Below are positions 1-11,835 of a stretch of 64,000 nucleotides of DNA, piece by piece. The notes below the pieces were generated by a model. The model searched no databases and was not told the origin of the DNA. It was given only the letters and a program-made list of their open reading frames with translations. The position numbers and the translations under genes are program-made. This DNA comes from Negaprion brevirostris (taxonomy: Eukaryota), in contig JARDVH010000073.1 of the NCBI GenBank assembly GCA_030324005.1, positions 39,438,329-39,502,328 of the forward strand. The letters are read 5' to 3'. The stretch's first letter is position 1; every line of letters starts with the position of its first letter.

Positions 1-295
1 CCCATGACTTGCCTGGGCTTGCAAAATCTCACTTACTGTCCTGTCTGGAGACAATACACATCTCTTTAACTTATGCTTAACCCTATCTCTGCTCACATTG
101 TCTGTACCTTTAAGACTTGATTATCTGTAAAGACTCATATTCCAACCATTATTTTGTAAATTGAATTTGTGTCTTTATATGCCCTGTTTGTGAACAGAAC
201 CCCCATTTACCTGACGAAGGAGCAGCGCTCTAAAAGCTAGTAGCTTTTGCTACCTAATAAACCCGTTGGACTTTAACCTGGTTTTGTGAGACTTC
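1..295 (+). mobile_element. Penelope-like element (family 1), 3' UTR/pseudo-LTR, entering from the window edge
   Basis: Colinear with 62935-63225, which directly follows a GIY-YIG ORF. Contains CTGACGA (211-217), a GGAGC/GCTCT stem and an AATAAA. Confidence 0.85.
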
Positions 296-1369
296 ATACA
301 GAAATCACCAGACCAGGATGATCTCAAGTCTGCAAGGGCTGGAAGGGACTGTTAAACCATAATACCCCCATCTTGGCAGAGAGTGCAGGAAGTCAACCCT
401 TGTCCCAAGCCTGAGCCCACTCAACCACCAGGGAGCCTTGAGGGACCATTCCTCTGCAGCCTGGTGGTGGCAGAGGAGCAAATAGCCACTGAAACTTCCT
501 CCTTGAGCCTCAGGTGCTATGCCAGGGTGTCAGTGCCTGGGGGCAGTGTACTGTTGGCACTATGCCAAGGTGCTTGGCCTAAAGGGAGGATAGGTGGAGG
601 TCTAAGTTGGGAGGGAGTGGCTGTGAGAGGGGAATGGGGGGCTGTAGGGAGTTGGGTTACCCTCATGCTTGTGTGGTGAGGAGGGGAGAGAATGCCCCTC
701 TTTGGTGAGGGGTTGGTGATGCTCCCCTGGTTAATATGGAGGGCATTATTTCATTTTTGGGGGGGAGGGAGCCCTGGCAAATGAGATTGGGTTGCTATTT
801 ATAAATGGTGGCCTGGTCTCGAAACAGTGGGCTTAGCCAGCGGTTTGCCCGATACGAATAAATTAATCTCTCTCAGGTGGGTGAATCCTGCTAATGCCAG
901 TAGGAAACCCTCCTGTCACTTTTTACATGAGGACGTTCAAAAGCTTTGGGCCTAAGCAACTGAAGGCACAGTTGCCAATTATTAAAACTGGAGATGCGTA
1001 GTGGGCAAGAGATGGAGGAGTGCAGACTTAGGTTAGAGTTAAATTATTGAGTACTGTCGACATAGTCAAATAAAAGTTAGATGCTGAGTGAAGTTCCAGT
1101 TATGTGTCTCAGTCCTACATCGGATGAACATTTTGAGATGTAATATTCCCATTGACAGCACAAGACAAGCTTTGGGCTGTTTTCTATTGCACAGTTTTAT
1201 TGTAATGGAGCTAGGTTGCTATTCCTTTGAATTTCACAACTGAAAGTTTAATCTTTCATCTAGTCAATTTGAACTGTCTTCAAACCCAGATTCCAAGAGA
1301 GTGTCCTGTTGTCCATGTTTACATATTTCAATTTGGTTTAGTAAAAACATTATTACCTTTCACTTGGCA

Positions 1370-1860
1370 GTTACCTGTAGTTCCAGAAGGACCACAGGCA
1401 TCTCTCTGCATTAGGGATAAACAATTGGTTATATCCCTTGAAGGGCACCACTTCAAATCAAGCATAGGTCAAGATAACAGGGCAGGCCTCATGAACTATC
1501 ACAGTTAGTACATCATTCTGTACCATAAATTAGCCATCAGGGGTTAGCAGTGCTGCCTCTCAGCACCAGGGACCCAGGTTCCTGGCCTGGGTCACTGTCT
1601 GTGCAGAGACTGCAAATTTTCCCCTTTGTGCGTGTGAGTTTCCTCTGGGTGCTCTGGTTTCCTCCCACAGAATGAGAGATGTGTTGGTTAGGTACATTGG
1701 CCATGCTGAATTTTTCCTTAGTGTGCTTGAACAGGTGTCAGAGTGCGTCGACGAGGGGATTTTCACTGTAACTTCATTGCAGTATTAATGGTAGCCTATT
1801 TTTGATGTTAGTAAATAAACTTTAAAATTATCTAGCCACCTGAGCTAACCAGACCTCCAT
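1370..1860 (-). mobile_element. Older tRNA-derived SINE interrupted by a V-SINE
   Basis: Minus strand begins ggtctggttagctcaggtggctag (tRNA-like head). The body resembles 41779-41990 and 53288-53475. Confidence 0.5.
1541..1825 (+). mobile_element. V-SINE (HE1-like head and core), tail type B
   Basis: tRNA-like head (ggttagcagtgctgcctctcagc...gacccaggtt) and V core (gggtgctctggtttcctcccacag). Tail tttcactgtaacttcattgcagt...taaataaacttt is shared with the copies at 7191 and 54868. Confidence 0.85.
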
Positions 1861-3439
1861 ATGCCTTTCCCTATTTATATCAAATCCAAACCATGGGGTA
1901 GATAGTTTGTATGATGGCTCTTACCAAACAGGAGGTAGGACAGAATGCAAACAGTCTGGGACTTGACCAATTTTCATGTTTGGAACACATTGGTAGTAAT
2001 GGGACTAAATTCTGCAGCTTCATAGTATGCTTCAGGGGGGAGATCAGAAAGAGCTATCAAGGGCTTTAAGAGGTGGTTGGTTTTGTGATACTTTCAACAT
2101 GCATTGGTGTCCTATTAATGGCATAGGACTCCCAGTTACCTTAGATGATGAAGCCCTTGTGTACGTTTGGAAGGTAACTGGAACACCGATTACAACCAAA
2201 CTGTTGGTGATCTGGATGTTGGATGGCGCAGGGTGCTAAGTGTTTTGCTGCTATTTTAACCTCATTACTGCCCAGCAGAAGGAATCAAAATTGGACCTTT
2301 GTTACCTTTGGAAATTTTTTAGTGGGGGAGACCTATGTCAGGTCTATTGTCTGAGCAATGATTCATAGCATTGCTGAAATTCTGTACATGCTTTTAAACT
2401 TATTTCAAACTTCAGACAATTAATTTTGAATTTGAATACTGGTCTACAAAACTGAATATTTGCTCAGATAAATAGATGGTGTACTTCCTGTCTAAGTGGA
2501 AGTGTTTAAAATCAGTTAAACAGCAGTACGAGCCAGTAATGATGCCAGCTTAATGGCAAAATCTCACAATGTCAATGTCTAAAACATATCACAGTGAACT
2601 CACCTAAATAAATGCCTGATAAGTGAAATAGCCTATTTGAAAGAGTGAAACATTATTGCTCAAAACTTCAGATCATAGAAACAAACTGATGAGATTTTTG
2701 ATTGAATTGTAAGGAAATCTTAGGACATGCACTCTCTGTGATACAAACTCGGATGTATTTTTATTGCTTTTCTACCTCCACAACTTATTAATCTTTCTAT
2801 TTTGGCCATTTCTATTGTATTCTGAGTTGCTGTTTATTCTCTTCAGCTTCCTCTATTCTACATTCTGCCTATCTTGATGCTCTACCTAGTCTTCCTGACT
2901 ACTCTTCTCGTTCTGTCTGATTCCCCACTCTTCACTGCCTCTAACTCTATGCTCTTCCTGATCTTTCTGGCCTCCATACTCTTCTCAGCTTCTCAACTCC
3001 ACTTTATCCTCAGCATTGCAATTCTGGTTCCCTCTCCAGTGTTTCCAGTTTTGCATTTTCCTTAATTTCATGCTCTACCCTCCTTCCTTTCCTAGACACT
3101 AACACACACCCACCCCACTCTCCCAGCATTCTCATCTTTAATGCTCTCCCTNNNNNNNNNNNNNNNNNNNNNNNNNNNNNNNNNNNNNNNNNNNNNNNNN
3201 NNNNNNNNNNNNNNNNNNNNNNNNNNNNNNNNNNNNNNNNNNNNNNNNNNNCCCTGGCTTCCTAACCTCCTGGATTCAGATATTCATTCAATCACTTGCT
3301 AATCTTGTAACTTGTCCCAGGGCAATGGATTTCTACTAATTTGAAATGGCAAGGATAACGGAATCAATGTGAGAATGGAAAAATGGCTTGCTTAGACATT
3401 ATGCTCATCAGCAAATTGGAGCTCCTGGGCCAGCAAAAG

Positions 3440-3690
3440 CTGAATTTTACAATTCATGTCCTTGTTTTCAAACTGCTACTTGGTGCTGCCTTTACCTATC
3501 TCTGTAACCTCCTCCCGCCCTACAACTTGCTGAGATGTCTGTGCTCTCCCAGCTCTGGTTGCACATCTCTGATTTTAACTACTCTACTATTCATAGTTGT
3601 GCCTTCAGCTGCCCAAGCATTGAGTTTTGCAATTCCCTCACTGAGCTCCCCGCCTTTCCACTAACCACCTCCTCCAGTTAAAGAACTTCT
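3440..3690 (+). mobile_element. L2 LINE 3' fragment
   Basis: Translates FTIHVLVFKLLLGAAFTYLCNLLPPYNLLRCLCS, resembling the L2 ORF2 C-terminus (FKILxLxFKxLxGLAPxYLxxLLxPYxPxRxLRS). Confidence 0.7.
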
Positions 3691-4833
3691 ACTGTTTAAC
3701 AGTAGTTCAAAATAGCTTTTATACTTTACTTATAGTTAGGTGAAACAAAGAGATAAGGCCACTGGAATACCATAATATATGCCTAAAGAAAAACCAAAAT
3801 AAATAACAATAGAAATAACAATAGAAAAGGAATTTTTTTTTTGAAAAGAAGTATACAATACTCAGTGACTCTGTTACCAAATCCTGATTGAATGCACTCT
3901 AGTCTGTTGAAAGGAGTCTGGAGTGGCTGGAGCAGCCAGGGATCCCTTACAATTGGCAGTGTCTTGGGGTGAGATGTATTTTTAATAGATTGATAGTTAA
4001 TTAGCAAAGGTTGGGCCAACTTGAAGGTAGGAAAGTGAGTCAGTTCAAGCCAAGTGGGACTGCCTGAGAAATAGTAGATTCAAAACTTTCGTGCTATGGT
4101 ACTGCCACTGGCAGGATGGTGTAACTACATATGACAGTTTCCATAGTGGAAACTTTGAGGTGAAATGCAAGCAAACATAATGTTTTTAACTTGTAACAGG
4201 TGATTTGTTGTTTTAAATGGAATTTTAAATGGACCAGGAAAAACATAGAGCCAGAAGCAGGGAAGTGGGGAATCGGATAGAGCGAGAAGAATAGTCAGGA
4301 AGACTGGTGGAACTTTGAAACATGCAGGTAGAGATATGCAACAATTAGGACAGCTAATTCACAAATCTGAATTTGGTGGCTGTTTGCTGGGTGTAACAGA
4401 AAGTCTTAGACGTTGTTAAATACTTCCTGATTCAGAAAGTGATAGCTAATTTTGCATTTCAATTCATGCATTTAAGGAAGGGAGCTTAGAAAACAAAACT
4501 AAAGTAGAAAGAGAGGGGCAGAAGTTAATTTGTGTAACATTGCCCTGTGAAGACTATACTAGTGGATGAGTTGCTCAAAACCTGGCCACATTTATTCAGG
4601 ATGGGCTCTTATTCAGTTCACTTTTTTGTGGCTTTACTGAGAAGATTGGTTAGAAATAAATATATTGCAGAACTTAAACTTTGCTTGCAAACAACGATGA
4701 AAAAAACTACGGACAGTGCATATTCAAAGTGGACAAGTCAATGCACAAATCATCTCACAATTGCTAGCAAATGATCAGTTTCACTAAGCTAGGTCATAAG
4801 AATAGCTGGTTTAGGAAGTGAAAATATCACCCT

Positions 4834-4955
4834 GGGACATTGTGGTGCAGTGGCTTGCATCCCTGCCTCTTAGCCAGAAGCTCTAGATTCAATACCCACC
4901 TCACGTTTTGATGGCCAAGTAAGGTGCATTTGTAAGGCAGCCAAACAGGTTGATT
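4834..4955 (+). mobile_element. tRNA-headed SINE fragment
   Basis: A-box-like tggtgcagtgg and B-box-like gattcaatacc. Homologous to 6310-6430 on the opposite strand. Confidence 0.6.
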
Positions 4956-6309
4956 TCCAAGAGCGGGAGAGACTCCTAGTCAGCCATATGATGGGGTCTC
5001 TATAATCACCATCCAAAACTGCTGAACAATAACATGCTTGTAAAAAGTGAGCATGTTGCCACAACTTGGACCTCCTGAATGAACTATAACACAACCGCTG
5101 CCACACAATAGAGGATGCTGCTTGATTTTGGATTATGCACATTGTTGAGGGGGAGTGGAGTGAGCTTTACTGTGCATTTAACTTTTGTATCATGTTGGTG
5201 TCTGCAGCTAATGTTCAAATCCTGCTTTGGCTGTCATACTAGTCAGGTATGCTATGCAACATCAAGTCTGACATCATTCTCATTTATGTTAACATTTTAC
5301 CTGTACCATTTAAAAATTCACGCCATGGGCTGAAGGACAGATGCTAAGATGTAAAGTGACAGAACAAGCTTCAGGAAGACATATTGTACAGCACCACCTA
5401 GAATGAATTAAAAGGAAGAAAAAGAACAATGTGAATACACACCAATAATTCAAGCAATAAGTTCAGCTGACAGACTTGTTGCCTCTAATGTTATCTTACA
5501 ATCAATTCTAACCCTGAATTTTCTAATCTATTCGTCTAACGTCACAACATACATTATTCCACATTAATAAATCCGGCTCCTATCTCTTATGTTCATATTC
5601 CACAAGTGGCTGTTCCATGAACTCTGTGAAATTGGGAATATGTTGTTCATAACATGTTTAATTATTCGATCCAAAGGTCATTGACCTTTTGTGATCAGAG
5701 TTAATTTAGTTGTAATTTTAAAGTATAATTTGAAACTGAGTGTATTAATTATTTTTGTAAAGAGTCTCTTCTATATTTCTACTGTTATGCAATAAAATTA
5801 TTTGAAATTTTTGCATCAATTTTACGTACATGCCCTCTTGTTTTAAATTATCATTCTTCATTTATGGTAAAGTGATACTTTTAAGTTCTAATGGAATTTA
5901 TTTGTAACCCTACATGCTGGATCACCTAATTCTGAGACCTCTTAATTCCTCTGAAGCAAGTTCACAAGGTCGGTTTCATGCAATGTTAGAGCATGCTTCC
6001 TTCTATATTACCCATGTATTTCAGCAGCTGCTATGATGCTGTGATACAGTGGAAATCCAAATGACGTTGAGTTGCTTATATTTATGTGGCTACCATATGA
6101 TCTGTGACATGATTAATTATGCACCTCCTCCTTCAATACCATGCTCTAAGAGGGTGATGGCAACCATGGATTTCCATTAGATTGGTCCATGATTATGTTT
6201 GGCAAAGTACTGCAGTGTTTCTTGTTGGTTTCTGCAGTATAGTTGACCAGGAAACTCTCCTGCTCTTACCAATTGTATTAGGCATGTTGGAAAATTTTCT
6301 AGGCTAATA

Positions 6310-6430
6310 CCAACCTGTTTTGGCCATGTCATGAATGCTCTTCTGTGGCCATCAAGTCCTGGAGTGGGACTTGAAGCTAGAGCTTCTGGCCCGAAAGATA
6401 GAAATGCTACCAATGAACCACAAGACCTCT
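6310..6430 (-). mobile_element. tRNA-headed SINE fragment, same family as 4834-4955
   Basis: Reverse complement shares gccagaagctctag, ttgatggcca and aaacaggttg with 4834-4955. Confidence 0.6.
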
Positions 6431-6539
6431 GTAATTACACAATAGTCTTCTCCATTGTCAATCACAATAGCCTTCTCTTGTCTGTTTCCACTTTTATCTA
6501 TCTTTTCTTAACCACTGTCACTAGAAAAGGTTTCTCTTT

Positions 6540-7180
6540 TCAATGCATCAGGAGATTCCCTCGGGTCAATCCATTGTCCTTTCTTTTGCTCGTATACATG
6601 CTGCCCAGTGGCAACATTATCTATGAACAAGGGACAAGACTCCACATGTGTACTGGTGACACTCAGCTGTGATTACACTCCTTTTGATACCTCCAATGTG
6701 TCTGTGCTGCTAGACTGCTTGTCCAATATCTGCACCTTTACTTTGGGAAGGCTGTAGCCGCTATCTTTTGCTCCCCACACAAACTACATCCTTCTCTTTG
6801 ATCATTGTCTTAGGCTGGATAAGATTTTGCAAACTGTCCAATCCTGAGCTGAATCTTCACCTCATCATCACAACATGAAACCACTTACTGTTGCCTCTTG
6901 GGCATCACTTCCCTCTTCCCACACTTCAGTCTATTTGATAGTGAAACCTCATTTGTTTGTTTGTTATGTCTAGACTTGGATACACCAGTGCTCTCCAATC
7001 TGGCCTCCCATCAAGAATCCTGCTGCATGTAACCTTAGCCTGCATTATTCCATTTTCCCATCACCCCTTTCCCCACTGACCAATGTTGGCCCTCTGTTTC
7101 CCAAAGCTTCAAAGTGAAAACACTCATCTTTGTGATTAAATTGTCTTCCTTTAATTGGTCTTAATAAGGATCTCAATGAG
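6540..7180 (+). mobile_element. Decayed L2 LINE reverse transcriptase fragment
   Basis: ORF 6331-6672 ends FLLLVYMLPSGNII...LHMCTGDTQL, matching L2 RT LLFxxYMLPLGxII...HxYADDTQL. Downstream is a SRLDY-like segment (tctagacttggatac). Confidence 0.75.
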
Positions 7181-7190
7181 CTGATGTGAG

Positions 7191-7508
7191 GAGGCACAGT
7201 GGTTAGCACTGCTCCCTTATGGTACCAAGATTCGATTCCCGCTTGGGTCAATGTCTGGGCAGAGTTTGCATGTTCTCCCCATGTCTGTGTATGTTTCCTC
7301 TTGATATCCCAGTTTCCTCCCACAGTCTGAAAGACATGCTGATCAGGTGCATTGGCCATGCTAAATTCTTCCTCAGGGTACCTGAACAGGTGCTGGAGTG
7401 TGGCAATGAGGGAATTTTCACAGTAACTTTATTGCAGTGTTAATGTAAGCCTACTTGTGACCAATAAATAAACTTTAAATAAATAAACTTCAAATAAATA
7501 AACTTTAA
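7191..7508 (+). mobile_element. V-SINE, tail type B, ending in three copies of an AATAAATAAACTT unit
   Basis: ggcacagtggttagcactgct head, gattcgattccc B box, V core, type B tail and a tandem A-rich terminal unit. Confidence 0.9.
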
Positions 7509-7789
7509 CAGCCTTTCTAATATTTTCCCTGTGACAGACATTAATTCAACTGGTCTGTAGTGTCTTGCTTTTTGTCTCCATCTCTTTTTGAATAAAGGAG
7601 TTACATTTGCTATTTTCCAATCTAATGGAAAAGAATCTTCAAGGCTGTGGAAGAGAGTAACGATTTGGATAAAAATAAGCAGATTATTTGAAATCTAGTA
7701 TTGTGCAATGAAACAGAGTTAATTAAAAATCTAATTGTAAAGGAATCTCTGGGCAAGATGGGTCATAATATGATAGACTGTTATATTCA

Positions 7790-8167
7790 GTAACCATTTG
7801 GCTAAAAATAAGCAGATTGGATCAGGATGTTCTGTTAGTGACTTGGGGAAGCTTGGAGAGAAATAGAAACAAATTAAAGCTAAAGGCATTATATTTAAAT
7901 GTGCAAAACATTCACAGCAAAATAGATGAATTAATAGCAAAGATTGAAATGAATGTGTTTGATCTGGTTTTCATTGTGGCCTGCTTCCAGAGTGACCAGG
8001 ATGGGAATGAAGTGTTCCAGGATATTTGACTTTTAGATGAGACAGACAAATGGAAAATGGTTACCCTGATAATAAAGGATGGGATGAAGACTGTGGAAAG
8101 TTTGTTTGGAAAATCAACTTATAGAAGCAATTTGTTTGGAGCTAAGAAAACACCGATGGGAGTAATT
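7790..8167 (+). mobile_element. CR1 LINE endonuclease fragment
   Basis: KLKALYLNVQNIHSKIDELIAKIEMNVFDLV matches the CR1 ORF2 N-terminus (LKxLYxNARSIxNKxDEL...DLxAITETW). Confidence 0.75.
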
Positions 8168-8825
8168 CATAAGAATAAAGAACAGTGCAGCGCAAGAACA
8201 GGCCCCTCGGCCCTCCACGCCTGTACCAATCACATTGTCCTATTTAGACCTTTCTAGCTTATATCCCTCTATTCCCATCTGTTCATGTGTCTATCCAAAT
8301 AAGTCTTAAACGTCACTAACATATCTGTCTCAACCACCTCACTTGGTGCATTTCAGGCCCCCACCACCCTCTGTATAAAAACCTTCCCCTGCACATCTCC
8401 ACTGAATTTTTTCCCCCTTAACTTGAACTTGTGCCTTCGTGTAATTGTCATTTCTGCCCTGGGAAAAATCTTCCAACTGTTCACCCTATCCATACCCCTC
8501 ATAATTTTATAAACTTCTATCAGGTTGTCCCTCCGCCTCCGTCTTTCCAGGGAGAACAATCCCAGTTTATTCAATCTCTCCTCAAAGCTAATGTCCTCCA
8601 TATCAGGCAACAGCCTCTACGTCCTTCTGGTAGTGTGGTGACCAAAATTGGACACAGTATTCCTAATGTGGCCTCACCAACATTGTACGCAACTGTAGCA
8701 TAATTTGCCAACTTTTGTACTCAATGCCCCTTCCACTGAAGGCAAGCATGTCATATGCTTTCTTTACCATTTTTTCCACTTGTTCTGCCACTTTTAAGGA
8801 TCTGTGGACCGGTGCTCTCAGATCT
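8168..8825 (-). mobile_element. CR1 LINE 3' part, 5' side lost in a gap
   Basis: DLRAPVHRSLKV...IEYKSWQIMLQL...LVRPH and ERLNKLGLFSLERRRRRDNLIEVYKIMRG. Ends in a gggccgaggggcctgttc...gttctttattcttatg tail. Confidence 0.9.
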
Positions 8826-10146
8826 NNNNNNNNNNNNNNNNNNNNNNNNNNNNNNNNNNNNNNNNNNNNNNNNNNNNNNNNNNNNNNNNNNNNNNNNNNN
8901 NNNNNNNNNNNNNNNNNNNNNNNNNCAGATATTGCCAGGCTGAGTAGTTTGAATATCATCTATTCTTACTTCAAAAACAGACCATTTGTGTCAACTCTGT
9001 TACTGCTTATGCTCCATATGAGCCTCTTTTCACCCTACAATATCTAACCTTAATAGCATATCCTGTGTTCCTTTCTCCCTCGTGTACTTATCTAAGCTTT
9101 GCTTAAATACAGCTACTTGCCTCAACTACTTCACGTTGTAGTGATGTGAAATTCACTCTCTGGGTAAAAATGTCTCTCAAAAATTCCTTATTGAACTTGT
9201 TTGTGATTATCTTACGTAACTTACAATTTTAACCTCAGTTTTGGACTTCGTCACAAAGAGAAACATCTCTGTCTACCCATCAAACACCTTCCTAATTATA
9301 GTTCTCGGCCTTCTCTCTGCTGGATATTCTATTTGAAGAAACAATCTTTCCTATTACAGGATTGTAGGATCAAACAGCGCAGAAGAAGTCCATTCACTTC
9401 ACCATGCCAGTGCTTGCACTATGAAAGAGCTATCCATTTAGTTTAATTCCTATTCTTTCCCCAAAGCCCTACAAATATGTACAGATCATAAAAGTAATCA
9501 ATTACATAATGAATAGAATATACAGCAGTTGTGTATCTTGAGTTTGTAATTATGAGGTACTGTAGTCTGTCTTGAGGCCTTAGTTGCAAAGAGGAAAGTA
9601 GTTGTGTATTAAATGTAACTTATCACCTAATTAATTAATTATGGTCACTGGAGGATAAAAGAGTAAGTGAAAATTGATAGATCCTCTAAGTAAGTGCCTG
9701 GAACGAGAGAGGTTTATTGTCCAAACAAACAAAAGGAAGGCAGAGAGCAGAATACCAAGCAGTGAACAGCTATTGTGAAGACCACTTTCTATCATTACTT
9801 TGTGGAAGATTTTGTGACTGTGAGCTTTCAAAGAACAAAGGAATTTCCCCCCTGCGTAAGTCACATTGTTTATTTTCTTGACATCATCTTGACTTGTGTG
9901 ATGATTAAAAGTGATGTCATGTGACATGATCCCATTAGTATAAATGTTTCAAACATTTTTACTTGTATTACATAGAATAGACAGCACAGAAACAGTTCCA
10001 ACCAACTGACCCAAAATAAGTTACATTTATGAGATGATCCTGCAGCTCCGAGTCATAGTTAATCAGGAATTCTATTTTACAATCTCATAAAGCGCATGCT
10101 TGATGGGTGAGGAGGTACTCTCATCTCATGGTAGAAGTAAAGAGAA

Positions 10147-11001
10147 GTGCAAGATAGGTGGCAGAATGGACGTTGAAGAAGGTTATCTTGAATTGCAATG
10201 GGATCTTGATCAATTGGGCCAATGGGCTGACGAATGGCAGATGGAGTTTAATTTAGATAAATGCGAGGTGGTGAATTTTGGTAGATCGAACCAAGGCAGG
10301 ACTTACACAGTTAATGGTAGGACGCTGGGGAGAATTATAGAAGAAAGAGATCTAGGGGTACAGGTTCAAAGCTCCTTGAAAATGGAGTCACAGGTGGATA
10401 GGGTGGTGAAGAAGGCATTTGGCATATTTGGTTTTATTGGTCAGAACATTGAATACAGGAGTCGGCATGTCTTGTTGAAGTTGTACAAGACATTGGTAAG
10501 GCCACACTTGGAATACTGTGTACAGTTTTGGTTACCCTATTGTAGAAAGGATATTATTAAACTGGAAAGAGTGCAGAAAACATTTACTAGAATGCTACAT
10601 TTGAGTTATAAGGAAAGGCTGGATAGCCTGGGACTTTTTTCCCTTGAGCGCAGGAGGCTTAGGGATGATCTTATAGAAGTCTATAAAGTAATGAATGACA
10701 TAGATAGTCAACATTTTTTCCCCAAGGTAGGGAAGTCTAAAACTAGACGGCAGAGATTTAAGATGAGAGGGGAGATTCGAAAGGGTCCAGAGTGGCAACT
10801 TTTTTCACACATACGGCTGAGAGTATCTGGAACAAGCTGCCAGAAGCTGGTACAATTTTAGAAGTTACATGGGTAAGATTGGTACAGAGAGATATGGGCC
10901 AAACTTGGGCAATTAGAAATAGTTCAGTTTAAAAAAAGGGCAGCATGGACAAGTTGGGCCAAAGGGCCTGTTTCCATGCTGTAAACTTCTATGATCTATG
11001 A
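10147..11001 (+). mobile_element. 5'-truncated CR1 LINE (RT C-terminus and 3' UTR)
   Basis: [53 protein letters not shown]. Tail gggccaaagggcctgtttccatgctgtaaacttctatgatctatga. Confidence 0.95.
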
Positions 11002-11835
11002 ACTTCAAAACTCAAATTTGGTAAGTTTTCCTGAGCTTGATTCTCAGTGAGGGTAGTGAACTCAGGAGAGAGGGCACAATGAGTTGATTTGGTGATTGAA
11101 ATAATAGAGGATGAAGAGTTACCATGCAGGGGCTGAGGGAGGAAAGGAATGAATACATCTTGGTGAAAAGCTGTGTGTGTGGGTTGAAGTGCTGTTATGC
11201 AATGAGGGTTTGAAAATGGAGGTTTGAGGTGTGAATCAAGTAAGCTGCTCAGAGGTTGAGAAAGTTCCTTAAGAGTAAGGGGTGGACTCTAAGGAGTGAG
11301 TTAGTGAAGAGACCCACACAATCACCACCTCAGCAGTCTTGGTGGGGTAGCTAAAGGGAAGTATTGCCAGGTGAGAAGCTATTAGTACCTGTCTATCAAA
11401 TCTATAATGTCAATCAAATCATCCTTATGAAGATTTTAGATGTCAAGGGGCTTGTTCATGAGTGAACGTATATTCTGGAGGTAAATGTGGAGAGGTGTAA
11501 TAATTATTAATATGCTGGCAGAGTCCATGGAGGCAACAGTGGGTGAGATCAATGAGATGGGAATGAGAGTGGTGAAATTAACACTCAGCAAATCTTTTGT
11601 CATAATGTTGAAAATGTCAGCATGAGTGTACTTTTAGATTTCATGTTATATTAACAAGCATCAGAAAGTCTGCTATGAAGAGAGTAACCAGAGCAAGTTG
11701 CATAAAGTCTATAGCACATTTGTCCCTCACCCACCTTCACACAGAGAAACTCGGTATGGCAATGACAAGCTCATTTGTTTCATTTTTCAAAGAAGTATTT
11801 TCTTTGTTACAGCAAAATCAATGATTATTGGAGAG

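Noticed and set aside
2874-3065. Hydrophobic 63-aa ORF as a membrane peptide
   Set aside because: It is a by-product of low-complexity CT-rich sequence.
10100-10861. Longest ORF (253 aa) as a host gene
   Set aside because: It is a CR1 ORF2 C-terminal fragment that lacks the RT catalytic core and runs out of frame near its end.
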